A stretch of DNA of 64,000 bases from Octopus sinensis (taxonomy: Eukaryota): NCBI RefSeq assembly GCF_006345805.1, contig NC_043020.1, positions 372,001 through 436,000 of the forward strand, read 5' to 3'. The notes under the pieces were generated by a model. The model was given only the letters and a program-made list of their open reading frames with translations. It did not search any database and was not told the DNA's origin. This document shows positions 12,293 through 24,793 of this stretch, in pieces; the first letter of the stretch is position 1; each line of letters begins with the position of its first letter. The position numbers and the translations under genes are program-made.

Positions 12293-13264
12293 GAGAGAGT
12301 TGGGTGGGAACTGGGATGTGAGGATGATAGAGGAGGCTGTAATAATAAACAAGAGGGGATGAGTAGTGAGAGAGAGAGAGAGGGGGGTATGTTAACAGTA
12401 AGTGATGGAAGGAGTAAAGTGTGTGAGAAAAGGAGGGAGAGAGAATGTGAGTGAGTGACAGGTGGGTGATGGTAAAGGAGTATTTTCTTTTGTTTGCCTC
12501 ACCAACTAAATAAACTTAGTTTGACTGTTGTTAGTAACAGCTCACAGCTTAATCTGTTTTAGAATATCATTATGCCATGGAAATCCTTCTGACTGATGGA
12601 TTTACATCAAGAATGGTTATTCGGCTTAAGACCTTATCTTTGAATGAAGATTCTTACATCAGGCATCATGGTAATTAGTACCCTAAACACTAGTTCTTGT
12701 GAGATGTTTGAAGTCGGAACACAACTCCAAGCTTGTCTAGATTAGAAATCTAATCAGCCATTTTCTGAAGCTCTGCTTTGCCACTAGAAGACTAAAATCT
12801 TATTCCAGATTCTCCCCGCTTCCCAACATCAAATGATGCCTGTGATAACTAAATATCCATCTTTGTTCCCTGTGCTTTTACACAATAGTCTAAAAGGAAA
12901 ATAATGAATAAAATGAGAGATATTTCTAAGGGAGTGATCAGAGAGAGATTAAATACGGATAAATTTAGAAGATGCTTCAACAATTTCTGGATAACATCAG
13001 ACTTTTAACAAACAAAATGTTTTAAGGTCATTTGGCTTTTTAATCTAAAATTCGACCTGACATTTCTGTTTCATGTGTAATCAAAAATTTCAATATCAAA
13101 AATTAAAACTGGTTATGCTCAAACTGTTCTCCTGACCCAATAATTCTTTAATAAAGCTATTCTCTTTGTAAAAGAGTTTTTTTTCACTAGAATGAACAAA
13201 AACAATTCTGTGAAACTGTTGGAAGAAAGGGAAAAAAATGTAGATTTTTTTTTTCTACAATCAT

Positions 13265-13479
13265 TTACTCTTTACTCTTTTACTTGTTTCAGTCATTTGA
13301 CTGCGGCCATGCTGGAGCACCGCCTTTTTTAATCGAGCAACTCGACCCCAGGACTTATTCTTTTTTGTAAGCCCAGTACTTAATCTATCGGTCTCTTTTT
13401 GCTGGACTGCTAAGTAACGGGGACATAAACACACCAGCATCGGTTGTCAAGCAATGCTAGGGGACAAACACACACACGC

Positions 13480-13516
<37 letters not shown>

Positions 13517-13614
13517 TATACGACGGGCTTCTTTCAGTTTCCGTCTACCAAATCCACTCACAAGGCTTTGGTTGGCCCGAAGCTATAATTGAAGACACTT
13601 GCCCAAGGTGCCAC
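13265..13614 (-). mobile_element. Family-A SINE lacking its tRNA head
   Basis: Reverse complement of the family-A body and tail (TTACTTGTTTCAGTCATTTGACTGCGGCCATGCTGGAGCACCGCC...GACACTTGCCCAAGGTGCCAC). Confidence 0.88.
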
Positions 13615-13628
13615 GAATTAGGGTTTAA

Positions 13629-13859
13629 CCCTTTTGCATTTCAACCAGTTGTAACCGGGCAAAATATTCAATCTGTTTTCTGTTGAAACTGGATAGATCT
13701 GGCATGTCACACCTACCCTTACAGTATCATTCTTAATGTAAACCAATCTCATCATCAAAATCTCGAAAATCCTGAAGCTACAAGACAGTTCATGTTTAAT
13801 TCAAAACAATTTGAATAAATAAGCATTACATTTGACAGAGTAATCTGAATGCTAAAGGG
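13629..13859 (+). mobile_element. TTAA MITE family 2
   Basis: TTAA|CCCTTTTGCATT...AATGCTAAAGGG|TTAA. Confidence 0.85.
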
Positions 13860-15097
13860 TTAATGATAACCCAGTGATGCAGAGGATAAAATAAGTCAGA
13901 TTAGCTGTATTTATATAATGTAGTGATGGTGGTGATAGTGGTAGTATTGGTTGTAGCTGTGGTGGTGGTGATGGTTGCAGTGGTGCATCAGTAGTCTCAG
14001 CTGGAAGGGAGCCATAGATTGCTACCACAAATATAAGTTTATTGCCAATTGGGTGGCACTGTTTCTCTGATAAACGGCTATAAATCTTTGTCTTAATTTA
14101 ACTGATTATAATTGCTGCATTTTGATCTGTATTTGATAATGATTAGGGTATATCAGTGTAATTTCAGGTGAGTGGGTGGTTTGAGAGGGGGCGGTGAACT
14201 TTGGCCTTCACCACTACACACAAACACGAAGCAAATATTTTGCCTGCATAGCAGCAATCAAGTAACACGACCAGAATTTCTGCTTTCTAATAACCCTCAC
14301 CTGGGTTATTATGAGCCTGACGACATCTAGTATTATTTCAGTATTTCAGTCTCTGTTCCTCCTCTTTGGTCCAGTGCCACAGTATTGTCTGTCCCTGGAG
14401 TACAAAACTTCTCTCCCTATTTCCCCTATACATTAATTGCTTGCTCAGTTATATCACCTGTAACTTAACTATGTGGTTGGAATGCCACACCTACACCTTA
14501 TATATGTTTGTTAAAATAGTGAATAAAACCTGCCAATGGTAAACATATCTTAATTTTATATTACACAGTAATCTCAGACATCTCTGACCAGTTAACACTG
14601 TGTGTCCTATTGAGTAGAAAATACTTCGACTGTGGTCCTTTATAATATATATTACAGCATAGTTTAGATATATGGGACAACACAACAGCTGCTACCATGG
14701 ACCCAGGAACAGCAAGTTCAGGGAGTGCAAGCGCACCCCTTAAAGTTTTTCTGGAGGGCAAAATCAAAATTTGGACCCCTACTTGCTTTTCTCTACCTTT
14801 GAAAACTGAGTAAAAAGCGATCTGTAAAAGGTAGCTTGAAGTTTTGGCTTCTTTTCAAAGAACAAAGAACAAAAATAATTTAAAAAAAAACAATAAGACC
14901 TTGTTTGTAAAAACTTTTGAACCTGGGTTTGCACCTCCATAAGCAAATTTCTAGCTGCTACACAGGGACATTGTACAGTACATCTAAAAAGGAAAGGGTA
15001 TTCTGACTGAGTTAAACGTTATTCAAATCCTCAGAGAATCTTTATCTTTTCTTTGTATTCTCTTTCTGTCTCTTTTCCCCCCACTACCACCACCACC

Positions 15098-15133
<36 letters not shown>

Positions 15134-15134
15134 C

Positions 15135-15174
<40 letters not shown>

Positions 15175-16074
15175 TACTACTACAGTTTTGCACTAGCAAA
15201 ATATCTATAATTGAGATGCTCCTTTTTTTCTATCAACCATTCACTGTCAAACCTTCAATCGTTATACTAAACTTTTCACTTACCCCTTCCTTGCCCTCAT
15301 TTTTGCCTCCAGACATCGACCCTAAAAGATGGTGACAGATACAGCGGATGTTCCATCTAAACACCACCTTTACCTATCTACTTCACTGATCTTGGAAAGT
15401 CTATGCAAGCCATGGCCACTATTCTTCTTATTTCGGCTAAATTAAAAAAAAAATGTGCATTGCTCTATTTCAAGTAAACAATAATAATGATGATGGTAGT
15501 GGTTGTGATGGTGACAGCGAGTTTTTGCTGTAAACTATCACACAAAACATCTTACTGTATTTAGCTACATTTCTTTATATTTTAAGCTCAAACTTCTCAG
15601 GATTTGAACTCGATATAAGTATTAGAAATATATCGATAGACAAATTTATAGTCTTGATGCCAGTGCCAATAATAAAAGACCATTATCATTATTATTATTG
15701 TTGTTGTCGTTATTATCATAATTATTAATAATGATATCTCTGGTTGATGTTGGCTTTCATCCTTCCTGGGTGAATAAAATAAATAGCTGGCATACCGTAG
15801 GATTGATTTAATCAACTGTATCTATCCCTGTTTATAATTTATGGCTTTGTGCCAGTGTGGGAAATCATCATTATTATCCCATTATGGATATTACTGTTTC
15901 CAGGTTTTGTTTAATTGGATGGTTTCTCCATTTCTTTCAGAAATATATATTACCTGTTCTGCTGGGACTGATGCAGAAATTAATATTGTTTTGTATTGCT
16001 GAATCAGTACAGCACCTGAGTAAATGTTTCATAGAACTCACAATATTTACATTTACATGAAGTTTAGATCGGTT

Positions 16075-16328
16075 CATCATCATCATCATCGTTTAACGTC
16101 CGCTTTCCATGCTAGCATGGGTTGGACAGTTCGACCGGAGATCTGGGATGCCAAAAGACTGCACCAGGCTCCAGTCTGATCTAGCAGTGTTTCTACAGCT
16201 GGATGCCCTTCCTAACACCAACCACTCTGTGAGTGTAGTGGGTGCTTTTTACATACCACCGGCACAGGTGCTAGGCGAGACTGGCAAAGGCCACGATCAG
16301 ATTGGTGCTTTTTATGTGCCACAGGCAC
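16075..16328 (-). mobile_element. RTE-type retroposon 3' end with (GAT)n tail
   Basis: Same sequence family as 10069-10325. Confidence 0.82.
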
Positions 16329-16363
16329 GTTTATGGATTTATGGATTTGTATTCTTGAATGTA

Positions 16364-16881
16364 CGAGGGGTTGCTGAGAAGTTCCTGGCTTTAGGGCTAT
16401 TGCGAAAGACCTAGTTGGGGGTCTAACCTTCTGAGTTCTTTTCTAGGACTTAGTAAAACTGAAGGACCACTGCAATAAGTACTAATTACTTGTGGCAACA
16501 TTCACCCTGGGCGGGTTGAGTTGGCTTCTTCTACCACCCTGGAGGCATCTCGAACCATGGCAGCCCACGCACGACGGTCCTGCGCCAGTTCACTGGAGAT
16601 AGCGAGCCAGTCACGGTTCCATCGGTGCAGGTCGACCACCTGCAGTCCCGTGAGCACAGAGAGGTCCTCCTTGATCGTAGTAACCTAGGTCTTCAGCTGC
16701 CCGTCCACGCATTTCCGCCAGTTGGGAAGTGGAGTTGGGAGAAGGACATCACGGCTCAGTTCACCCACCGGACGCCTACATGTGTCAATCTGAAAGGGGA
16801 ATATGTTGAATGAAATCATAGTTAACTGATCCCCTTGTATTTTATTTTACCCAAAGACAAGAACTTTTCAACATCCTTTCA
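16364..16881 (+). mobile_element. Mariner-derived deleted element interrupted by an RTE insertion
   Basis: TA|CGAGGGGTTGCTGAGAAGTTCCTGGCTTT has a degenerate inverted partner at ~16853-16881. Removing the insert restores KLKDHCNKCVNLKGEYVE*, a mariner transposase C-terminus pattern. Confidence 0.72.
16481..16777 (-). pseudogene. 5'-truncated RTE-clade LINE (C-terminus of the RT ORF plus tail)
   Basis: Hand translation gives RRPVGELSRDVLLPTPLPNWRKCVDGQLKT*VTTIKEDLSVLTGLQVVDLHRWNRDWLAISSELAQDRRAWAAMVRDASRVVEEANSTRPG*. It has the RTE-type AQDRxxW motif, one internal TAG at 16685-16687 and a CAAGTA-like tail, and is GC-rich relative to its flanks. Confidence 0.88.
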
Positions 16882-17524
16882 TTGGTGTACATTGCCACTG
16901 GTTGGAGCTGTTTAACCGTTTAACTGCAAAATTAAATTTCATGATTATTCCAGTCATAATGTTAAATATCTGCCAAACAAAAATTAAAAAATTAGAATCT
17001 GTATTTTCTGCAGGTCATGTTGCCATAACAAACTCAACACATCTCAATAGAAAATAGTTTCAAACATGCCATGGTGTTCTTCAAAGATAGATTTGTAAAT
17101 AAACTGCTTTTCACACTTAAGGGATAATGAAATATTGAGTAGATATCTCTGCGTTCCACATTCAAAGGATTAAAGGAAGTTAATAATTATCCTTATTCAT
17201 AAAATTCCTTGCGCTCTTAAGATATTTAATCTACCAGATTAGATTCTTATACCAACTTCTACCAGACTTACCAACCACTCACCTAAGTGGTACCATATCC
17301 TATTAACGAATGACTTTGAAGTCCTATCTATTTGTCTTTCATTCTTCTCAGAACAAATTCAGTTTCTGTCTTCTCTCACCTTAAATGTTAGTCGGCTGCT
17401 GTCTTGAAGATGATGTTATATTGGAGAAGAAAGTAGGGCAGACGTTGCCATGTGGTTAAGAGGTTTGCTTGGAGCTACATGGTTCCATGTTCGATCTCAC
17501 AAGTGCCTTGCATTGATTGCTACC

Positions 17525-17903
17525 TTACTCTTTTACTTGTTTCAGTCATTTGACTGCGGCCATGCTGGAGCACCGCCTTTAATCGAGCAACTGTAAGCCC
17601 AGTACTTATTCTATCGGTCTCTTTTGCCGAACCGCTAAGTAATAGGGACATAAACACACCAGCATCGGTTGTCAAGCAATGCTAGGGGGACAAACACAGA
17701 CACACAAACACGCACACGCATATATATATATACATATATATGACGGGCTTCTTTCAGTTTCCGTCTACCAAGTCAGTTCGCAAGGCTTTGGTTGGCCTGA
17801 GGCTATAGTAGAAGACACTTGCCCAAGGTGCCATGCAGTGGGACTGAACCCGGAACCATGTGGCTGGTAAACAAGCTACTTACCACACAGCCACTCCTGC
17901 GCC
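17525..17903 (-). mobile_element. Full-length family-A tRNA-derived SINE
   Basis: The minus strand starts GGCGCAGGAGTGGCTGTGTGGTAAG (A box)...GGGTTCAGTCCC (B box)...CCTTGGGCAAGTG, has an internal TA/TG tract, and ends GAAACAAGTAAAAGAG. Confidence 0.9.
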
Positions 17904-18275
17904 TATACCTTGGGAGTGAAATTTGGCAAATAAAAACTATACAGAAGCCCCTCATGTATACACACACTCTCATAAATGCATCGACCAATTGAGATAGCCA
18001 CAAACTACAAGACCTGTCTTGACTTGAAGAAAAGAGCCCTGCCCCTTGCCTCTTTGTTAGTGACTGGCTTAATTTCTGCAAGGCCAAAACCTTGAATCCC
18101 CAATAAAACATGCGTAAATATACATATATACAAGAAAAAGGTTGACAGTTGCTTTGAAGTTACTGTCAACCTCTTCTTTATGGAAATAAAATGAATGTTA
18201 CTCTACTGAAAAGCTTTTGAATTATCCACAAGTCTAATATTTATTTAAATTTTTAACTACACATGAAAACAAACA

Positions 18276-18473
18276 TCTCTCTCTTTCTCTCTCTCTCCTT
18301 CTCTCTCTCTCTCCCTCTTTCTCTCCCTCTTTCTCTCTCTCTCTCTTTCTGTTTTTCTCTTTCTCTCTTTCTCTTTCTCTCTTTCTCTATCTCTCTCTCT
18401 CTTTCTCTCTCTTTTTCTCTCTCTCTTTCTCTCTCTTTCTCTCTCTCTCTTTCTTTCTCTCTCTCTCTTTCTT

Positions 18474-18505
<32 letters not shown>

Positions 18506-18541
18506 CTCTTCCCTCCCTCCCTCCCTATCTCCCCCCCTCTC
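18276..18541. repeat. Polypyrimidine (CT/CTTT)n tract
   Basis: About 265 bp almost purely C/T on the + strand. Confidence 0.95.
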
Positions 18542-18807
18542 ATAAATAGAGTATCACCATTTGTATGTTCTATACTCTATGCTGATATGGGTTAAAAGGA
18601 ACATGTTGAGGCAATGTTTTATGGCCAGATCCCTAACCTCTGTGTGTGTGTGTATTCATGTGCTGAGCAAAGGTACCTTGTTGAGTTATGTTCCTTTATG
18701 GTAAAAGTGTGCTCTGTGTGTAGATTAACAGAGATCAAAAGAATAACTGTCAGATTACTATTTGTTAGGTTCAATAAAATTTATTAAAATTTCTGGATAT
18801 AGTGCTC

Positions 18808-19269
18808 GGATCTTTTCGGTTTGAACGGCAGTTTTTTCTAGCGGTGTCATATGAAATTGTAACCCATAATTATGACCCTAGTATCGATCTATTGCATTTC
18901 AATCTGTTTTAGGGTTAGGGTTAGTTAAGGTTCGTTAAGGTTCGTTAGGGTTAGTTAGGGTTAGGTTTAGGGGTGGGGGAAAGGGTATTTTTTTTCTTCA
19001 GAAATGTAAATAAACCCAATCTGTTTCTTAAACAAGGGACATTTTCATACGGCATAGAATGTTTTCACCTCAATAGATGTCGTTGATTGGTTGAAATTGC
19101 AGAAATTGAAGAAAAAAAACAACAAATATCTTACAAACTATAGAATTTTCTCAATAAAGCCAAGAGAAAAAGATGTTTTATAAACACATTCTACCAGTAT
19201 ACGAAGTTTAAAAGTGTTTAGTTACGTGGAAATTATTTTAAAAAACTGGCGTTCAAACCGAAAAGATCC
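18808..19269. mobile_element. 462-bp MITE with 30-bp TIRs, 8-bp TSD and internal TTAGGG-like repeats (Merlin-like)
   Basis: TIRs GGATCTTTTCGGTTTGAACGGCAGTTTTTT / AAAAAACTGGCGTTCAAACCGAAAAGATCC (1 mismatch). TSD TAGTGCTC at 18800-18807 and 19270-19277. Confidence 0.93.
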
Positions 19270-19566
19270 TAGTGCTCCAGTATGGGCACAGTCCCAAAAC
19301 TGAAACCAGTAAAAGAATAAAAGGACGATCATCATTGTCTCTTGAACTTTAAATGGTTGGCACTTTTAACTTTTTTGCTATAGCAATAAAGAAACACAAA
19401 CACACCGGTGTAAGCCATCTAGTTTACTCAAACATAACAAGCACTAGATGTGTACATAGTTACATGTAATTGTAAGCCTTCTAGTTCTTCCAAGCAGGGC
19501 CTCAAGTACAGCAATGCCCACATATCTCAGTACTCTGTCATATCTTTCATAAAGCAACTTATATAA

Positions 19567-19799
19567 GGCGGCGAGCTGGCAGAAACGTTAGCACGCCGGG
19601 CGAAAAGCGTAGCCGTATTTTGTCTGCCGCTACGTTCTGAATTCAAATTCCGCCGAGGTCGACTTTACCTTTCATCCTTTTGAGGTCGATAAATTAAGTA
19701 CCAGTTACGCACTGGGGTCGATGTAATCAACTTAATCTGTTTGTCTGTCCTTGTTTGTCCCCTCTATGTTTATCCCCTTGTGGGCAATAAAGAAATAAG
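19567..19799 (+). mobile_element. Full-length family-B SINE
   Basis: GGCGGCGAGCTGGCAGAAACGTTAGC head, ATTCAAATTCC B-box-like motif, central CCTTTCATCCTTTTGAGGTCGATAAATTAAGTACC block (reminiscent of the Meta SINE domain), tail AATAAAGAAATAAG. Confidence 0.9.
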
Positions 19800-20407
19800 T
19801 ATTTGTTTCCATTCTGATCTTCAAATTAAGGTCAGCTTTTGCCCCTTTCATCCCTCTGGGAAGGGTCGATAGAATGAAAGAACCAGTCGACTGGAGCACT
19901 GGTGGTGAGGTGGGGGGTGGGGTCAGTGATATTGACTAACCTCACAAAATTGCTGGAACAATGCCTAAGTCAGAAATGAAATCATCATCTTCTTACACCA
20001 TCTCTTCATCATTGTCATCATCATCATCATCATCATCATACACATCCTCTTCTTCATAATAGTTTGTCACTGTCATCATCATCATCATCATCGTCTGTCA
20101 AAAATTCTTATGCCACTACTTGTAGCAGCTAATCTGTTAAAACATCTTTTTAGGAAGCTGTCAAATGCATGAAATTAAAAAAAAAAAAAAAAAAAAAAAA
20201 ATTAATTCCTTTCAATAATTTTCTTTTCTTTTCCTTTCTTTTAATGTAAGCAATAAGTTTCGAACAAAACTATTGTTGCTGTTGTTGTTGTTGATGTTTT
20301 TTCTCCACTCTCTTAAGTTTCATAGTTAAATTCAAGTAGCTTAGTTTTTTGAGAGTTTTTTTTTATATACTTCGCATCAACAAATCAACAAAAAAAAACA
20401 GCACTTA

Positions 20408-20416
20408 TTTATTTTA

Positions 20417-20454
<38 letters not shown>

Positions 20455-20665
20455 GCTATTATTATTATTGTTATTGTTATTATTATTATCATTATTATTA
20501 TTACTATTTTTATTATCATTATTATTATTATTATCATTATTATTATTATTATTATTACTATTATTATTATTACTATTACTATTACTATTATTATTATTAC
20601 TATTATTATTATTACTATTACTATTATTATTATTATTATTACTATTATTATTATTACTATTACTA

Positions 20666-20696
<31 letters not shown>

Positions 20697-20717
20697 TATT
20701 ATTATTATTATTATTAT
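20408..20717. repeat. (TTA)n microsatellite with CTA/TCA variants
   Basis: Read directly from the sequence. Confidence 0.97.
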
Positions 20718-20961
20718 TTTCTTTTGCTGTGACTTTAACAAATTTTATTTTTCCAGTTTTATAATTTGGGAACGATGTTTTTTTTTCTTCTCTTTTCGCT
20801 TCCCTCCACTACTTCCTCTTTCAGTTTAAATGACTTACCAATATTATTCAACATTTTTAGCTTCATCAAAGTTACATGCATGATGGGTCAATTATTGATC
20901 TGTTGTAGTGTTCTAAGGAATATACACGGCATCTGTATACAGTTAAGCATATAATATATAT

Positions 20962-21024
<63 letters not shown>

Positions 21025-21284
21025 CACTCCAACCTTCTCTCACCTTTCTCTCCTTCTCTCGCTCTCTGTTTCTCACACAATCTATAGCCAAAGGGAAAAG
21101 AATATTATTTGGTTCAAATCATAATCTTCCACTGCATTTTACGTTTTTTTTACTCTGTAGAATAAGAAAATATATTTTCTAGAATTGAAATTAGAAAAAT
21201 GTTTGCATGTTTTTGAAAAAAAGTTTCTTCTTCTCTTCCTGTTCCCTCTTCGTTCTTCTCCCTTTTCGTCTCTCTTTCCTTCTT

Positions 21285-21549
21285 CACCTTCCTCTTCAGC
21301 CTGCCTCCTCCTCCACCTCATCCTCTGCCTACCTCTTCCTCCTCTTCTGCCTCCTCCTCTTCCTCATCCTCTGCGTACCTCCTCCTCCTCTTCTGCCTCC
21401 TCCTCCTCTTCCTCCTCCTCTGCCTACCTCTTCCTCCACTTCTGCCTCTTCCTCCTCCTCTGTCTACCACTTCCTCCTCTTCTGCCTCCTCCTCCTCCTC
21501 TGCCTACCTCTTCCTCCTCTGCTTGTCTCCTCCTCCTCCCTCCCCCTCC
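21285..21549. repeat. (CCT/CTT)n with recurring CTGCCTACCTCTTCCTCC motif
   Basis: Read directly from the sequence. Confidence 0.9.
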
Positions 21550-23528
21550 GTCATCATTATCAACATCACTATCATCCAACCAATTTGATATTGTTTCAAT
21601 TTAATCTCCCAACATCAAGTACGGACCCTGAAGATCAGAGTTATTGGACTGCTGCCTGTTTTGTTTTGTTTCAATACAAAACTCTCTTCCTTGCTGCTCA
21701 GGGGTATTACTGAATAAATAACAGTAATTTCAAAATGCATGAAGCTGTAAATTAAAATTGAATTCAATAATTGTCCTTTTGCTTCTTCTTCTTCTATCTC
21801 TTCATCTCTTATTACCATACATATATTGACAATCTTCAGTTTCTTTTTTCCTTCTCATATTCCTTGTGATAAAATGCTTCATAAATTAGAAATTTGACAT
21901 ATTGTAATATCTTATATATGTATCACAACATCTCAACATCTTTTTAACCCCCCGCCTCTCTCTCCCTCTGTTTTTCTTCTCTGTTTCTCAAACAGCATAT
22001 AACTAAATAAGAGGGGAAATTATTTGGTTCAAATCATAATCTTCAGTTGTATTGTTATTTTTTACGTGGAAAAGGAAATAGACTGCGGCCATGCTTGGGC
22101 ACTACCTCAAAGGGTTTTAGTTGGACAAATCAATCCTAGTATTCATGTTTTGGGGGAAGGGGATAATCAGTTTCATCAATGAAGAAAAAAAAAACAGGTT
22201 GGTCACAGCTGGAATGCTTTTGAGCCAAAACCCTAATAATAATTAATCTTCTTTTTATAGCTTTTTCGTATTGAGGGCTTCGTTATTTAGTGTGTCCTCC
22301 TATTTTTAAGGCTGTAGGACATGTTTTGAGGGAGATTTGGTTGCTTTTTCTAGCAGGCTGAACAACTGCCTTGAGCCCCACTCCCAGCCCACATTTGAAA
22401 TATGCATATTTGTATTTATAGTTTGTTCGTGTATGTGTTTGTGTGTATGTGTGTATGTGTGTGTATACAGACATGCTACTACTACTACTACTACTACTAC
22501 TTTCTTTTTCTATTATTCAACTAAGTTTTGTGTTGAATTTGTTTTTATTTTGCTCTCACTATTCTCCCAGTTTGGTCATGGTTGGAATGCTTTGTTGATC
22601 ATAGGTATGTATAATGATACCTTTGTTAACGCACAAGGCCAATTTTCTATTTTATTTTTTTTATACATATATATATAAATAGAAAGAAAATAAAATAGAT
22701 TGATCTCATTCTTGCCTGTTTTATTATCCCCCCCCCCCCCAAAGGGACGAAACGTGAATTTGACTTCAGTATAAACTCAGTTTTTGGATTGATGAAGCAG
22801 TGAACATGATGTAGTGAAAACACCTACCGTGAATCGCTGCCAAATTTAAATCCATCTTCCGCGTACATATGATCTAATAACCAACGAAACATCGCGGATG
22901 TTCTAACATATTTGTTCTGGTTCCTTCACCATCTTTCCATAATAGTATTTGTCAATAGAGGAAATAAAACAAAAATATCATTAAAAGTACACCGAAAACC
23001 AAAATAAATAAATAAATAAAAATAAAGAGAGAGAGAGCAGAGCGGAGGGTTTGAAATAACAATGTATCCATTGCCAGTTGACTTGTTCAACGAGTGAATC
23101 CAAACATGTTCATATTAAGTATACAAGTGTTTAGATTCAGCTAGATTGAAATCCCAAACCGTAAGAGTAATATGGCGGCGAGGTAGCAATGGAAAAATCT
23201 GTGTGTGATGAAGAATCTGTGTTAAATTATTGCCTTCGAGCAAATGCTGTGATGTTTATTAAACTACACAAGAATACAAAGAACGATGCTGATGATGATT
23301 ATGAACATGCTATTACAGTGGTGTTATTGGTGTTGTTGTTATTATTGTTGTTGTTGTTGGTGGTGATGGTGGTGGTAGCTTTCAGGTGGTTTGGCGGTTG
23401 GTAGGGATTATTGGGCCCTATGCAATACAAATGGAATATAATCTAGTCATTTTATGGAATTGCCAATTTCATTTGCTGGAGAAATTCCAGTGATAATCTC
23501 ATCTTTTCCTTGTATGTTCTTGTTGTTG

Positions 23529-23772
23529 ATCTTCTTCTTCTTCTTCTTCTTCTTCTTCTTCTTCTTCTTCTTCTTCTTCTTCTTCTTCTTCTTCTTCTTT
23601 TTTCTTCTTCTTCTTCTTCTTCTTCTTCTTCTTCTCTTCGTCTTCTTCTTCTTCTTCTTCTTCTTCTTCTTCTTCTTCTTCTTCTCTTCTTCTTCTTCTT
23701 CTTCTTCTTCTTCTTCTTCTTCTTCTTCTTCTTCTTCTCTTCTTCTTCTTCTTCTTCTTCTTCTTCTTCTTC
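23529..23772. repeat. (CTT)n / (GAA)n tract, ~240 bp
   Basis: Read directly from the sequence. Confidence 0.97.
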
Positions 23773-24055
23773 TATTACTACACTCCTACTACCACCCATA
23801 GTTGTGACATGTGGACTCTATGATATGATGGTTGGTTTGTCAGTGAACTAAATCAGTAACCCAGTTTCAGATTACACTCAGAACCCTTCACTTCATGTCA
23901 CCAATAATACTCTTGGGGACAGGGAAACATATTTGGCAGAAATTCTCATCTCTTCTTCCACAACAATTCCAGACATTGTGTCCATGTAACAAACTGCTAT
24001 TGTTTAGGTTTGTTGCCCCATTGTTATTGTTATTTTTATTGCAATATCTGTACTA

Positions 24056-24300
24056 AAATAATATAATAATAATTATCATAGTAATAATAATAATTATCAT
24101 AGTAATAGTAATAATAATAATAATAATAATAGTAATTATCATAGTAATAATAATAATAATAATAATCATAATCATAATAATCATAATAATGATAATCATA
24201 ATAATCATAATAATAATAATAATCATAATAATAATCATAATAATAATAACCATAATAATAATAATCATAATAATAATAATAATAATCATAATAATAATTA
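24056..24300. repeat. (ATA/ATC/GTA)n compound microsatellite
   Basis: Read directly from the sequence. Confidence 0.95.
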
Positions 24301-24544
24301 TGACCTTAATTTGAAACTCAATAATAATTGAGCGAATAGACCCCAGGACTTATACTTTTTAAGCCTAGTTCTTATTCTATCGGTCTCTTTTGCCGAACCG
24401 CTAAGTTACGGGGACGTAAACACATCAGCATCGGTTGTCAAGCAATGTTGGGGAGACAAACACAGACACAGACACACACACACACACCTGTTGGTGCTTT
24501 GTTTTATCAACCCTATAAAGATGTTCAGTAAAGTTGACCCCAAC

Positions 24545-24793
24545 TGGATTTGAATGGCACGTAAAAAGCACTAACCGATCGTGGCCGTTGCCAGCCTTGC
24601 CTGGCACCTGTGCCAGTGGCATGTAAAAAGCACCCACTATACTCATGGAGTGGTTGGCGTTAGGAATAGCATCCAGCTGTAGAAACACTGCCAGATCAGA
24701 CTGGAGCCTGGTGCAGCCTTCTGGCTTCCCAGATCCTGGTCAAACCATCCAACCCATGCTAGCATGGAAAACGGACATTAAACGATGATGATG
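24545..24793 (+). mobile_element. RTE-type retroposon 3' end with (GAT)n tail
   Basis: GTAAAAAGCACCCACTA...GGAGTGGTTGGCGTTAGGAA...CCCATGCTAGCATGGAAAACGGACATTAAACGATGATGATG. Confidence 0.85.

Noticed and set aside
12563-12670. Plus-strand 108-nt AG...GT segment with open frame YHYAMEILLTDGFTSRMVIRLKTLSLNEDSYIRHH
   Set aside because: Splice signals are only moderate and there is no recognisable homology. Such matches are expected by chance in 64 kb.
14147-14173. Perfect donor CAG|GTGAGT with a possible 21-nt microexon
   Set aside because: The acceptor is weak, and one perfect 9-mer is expected by chance in a window this size.
17679-17870. Recurrent short ORFs such as YDGLLSVSVYQIHSQGFG...CHAVGLNPEPCGW and MLAWVG...
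   Set aside because: These are translations of family-A SINEs and RTE-type tails, not a gene family.
18909-18972. True telomere or chromosome-fusion scar
   Set aside because: The tract is short, degenerate and in one orientation, and it is enclosed by TIRs and a TSD.
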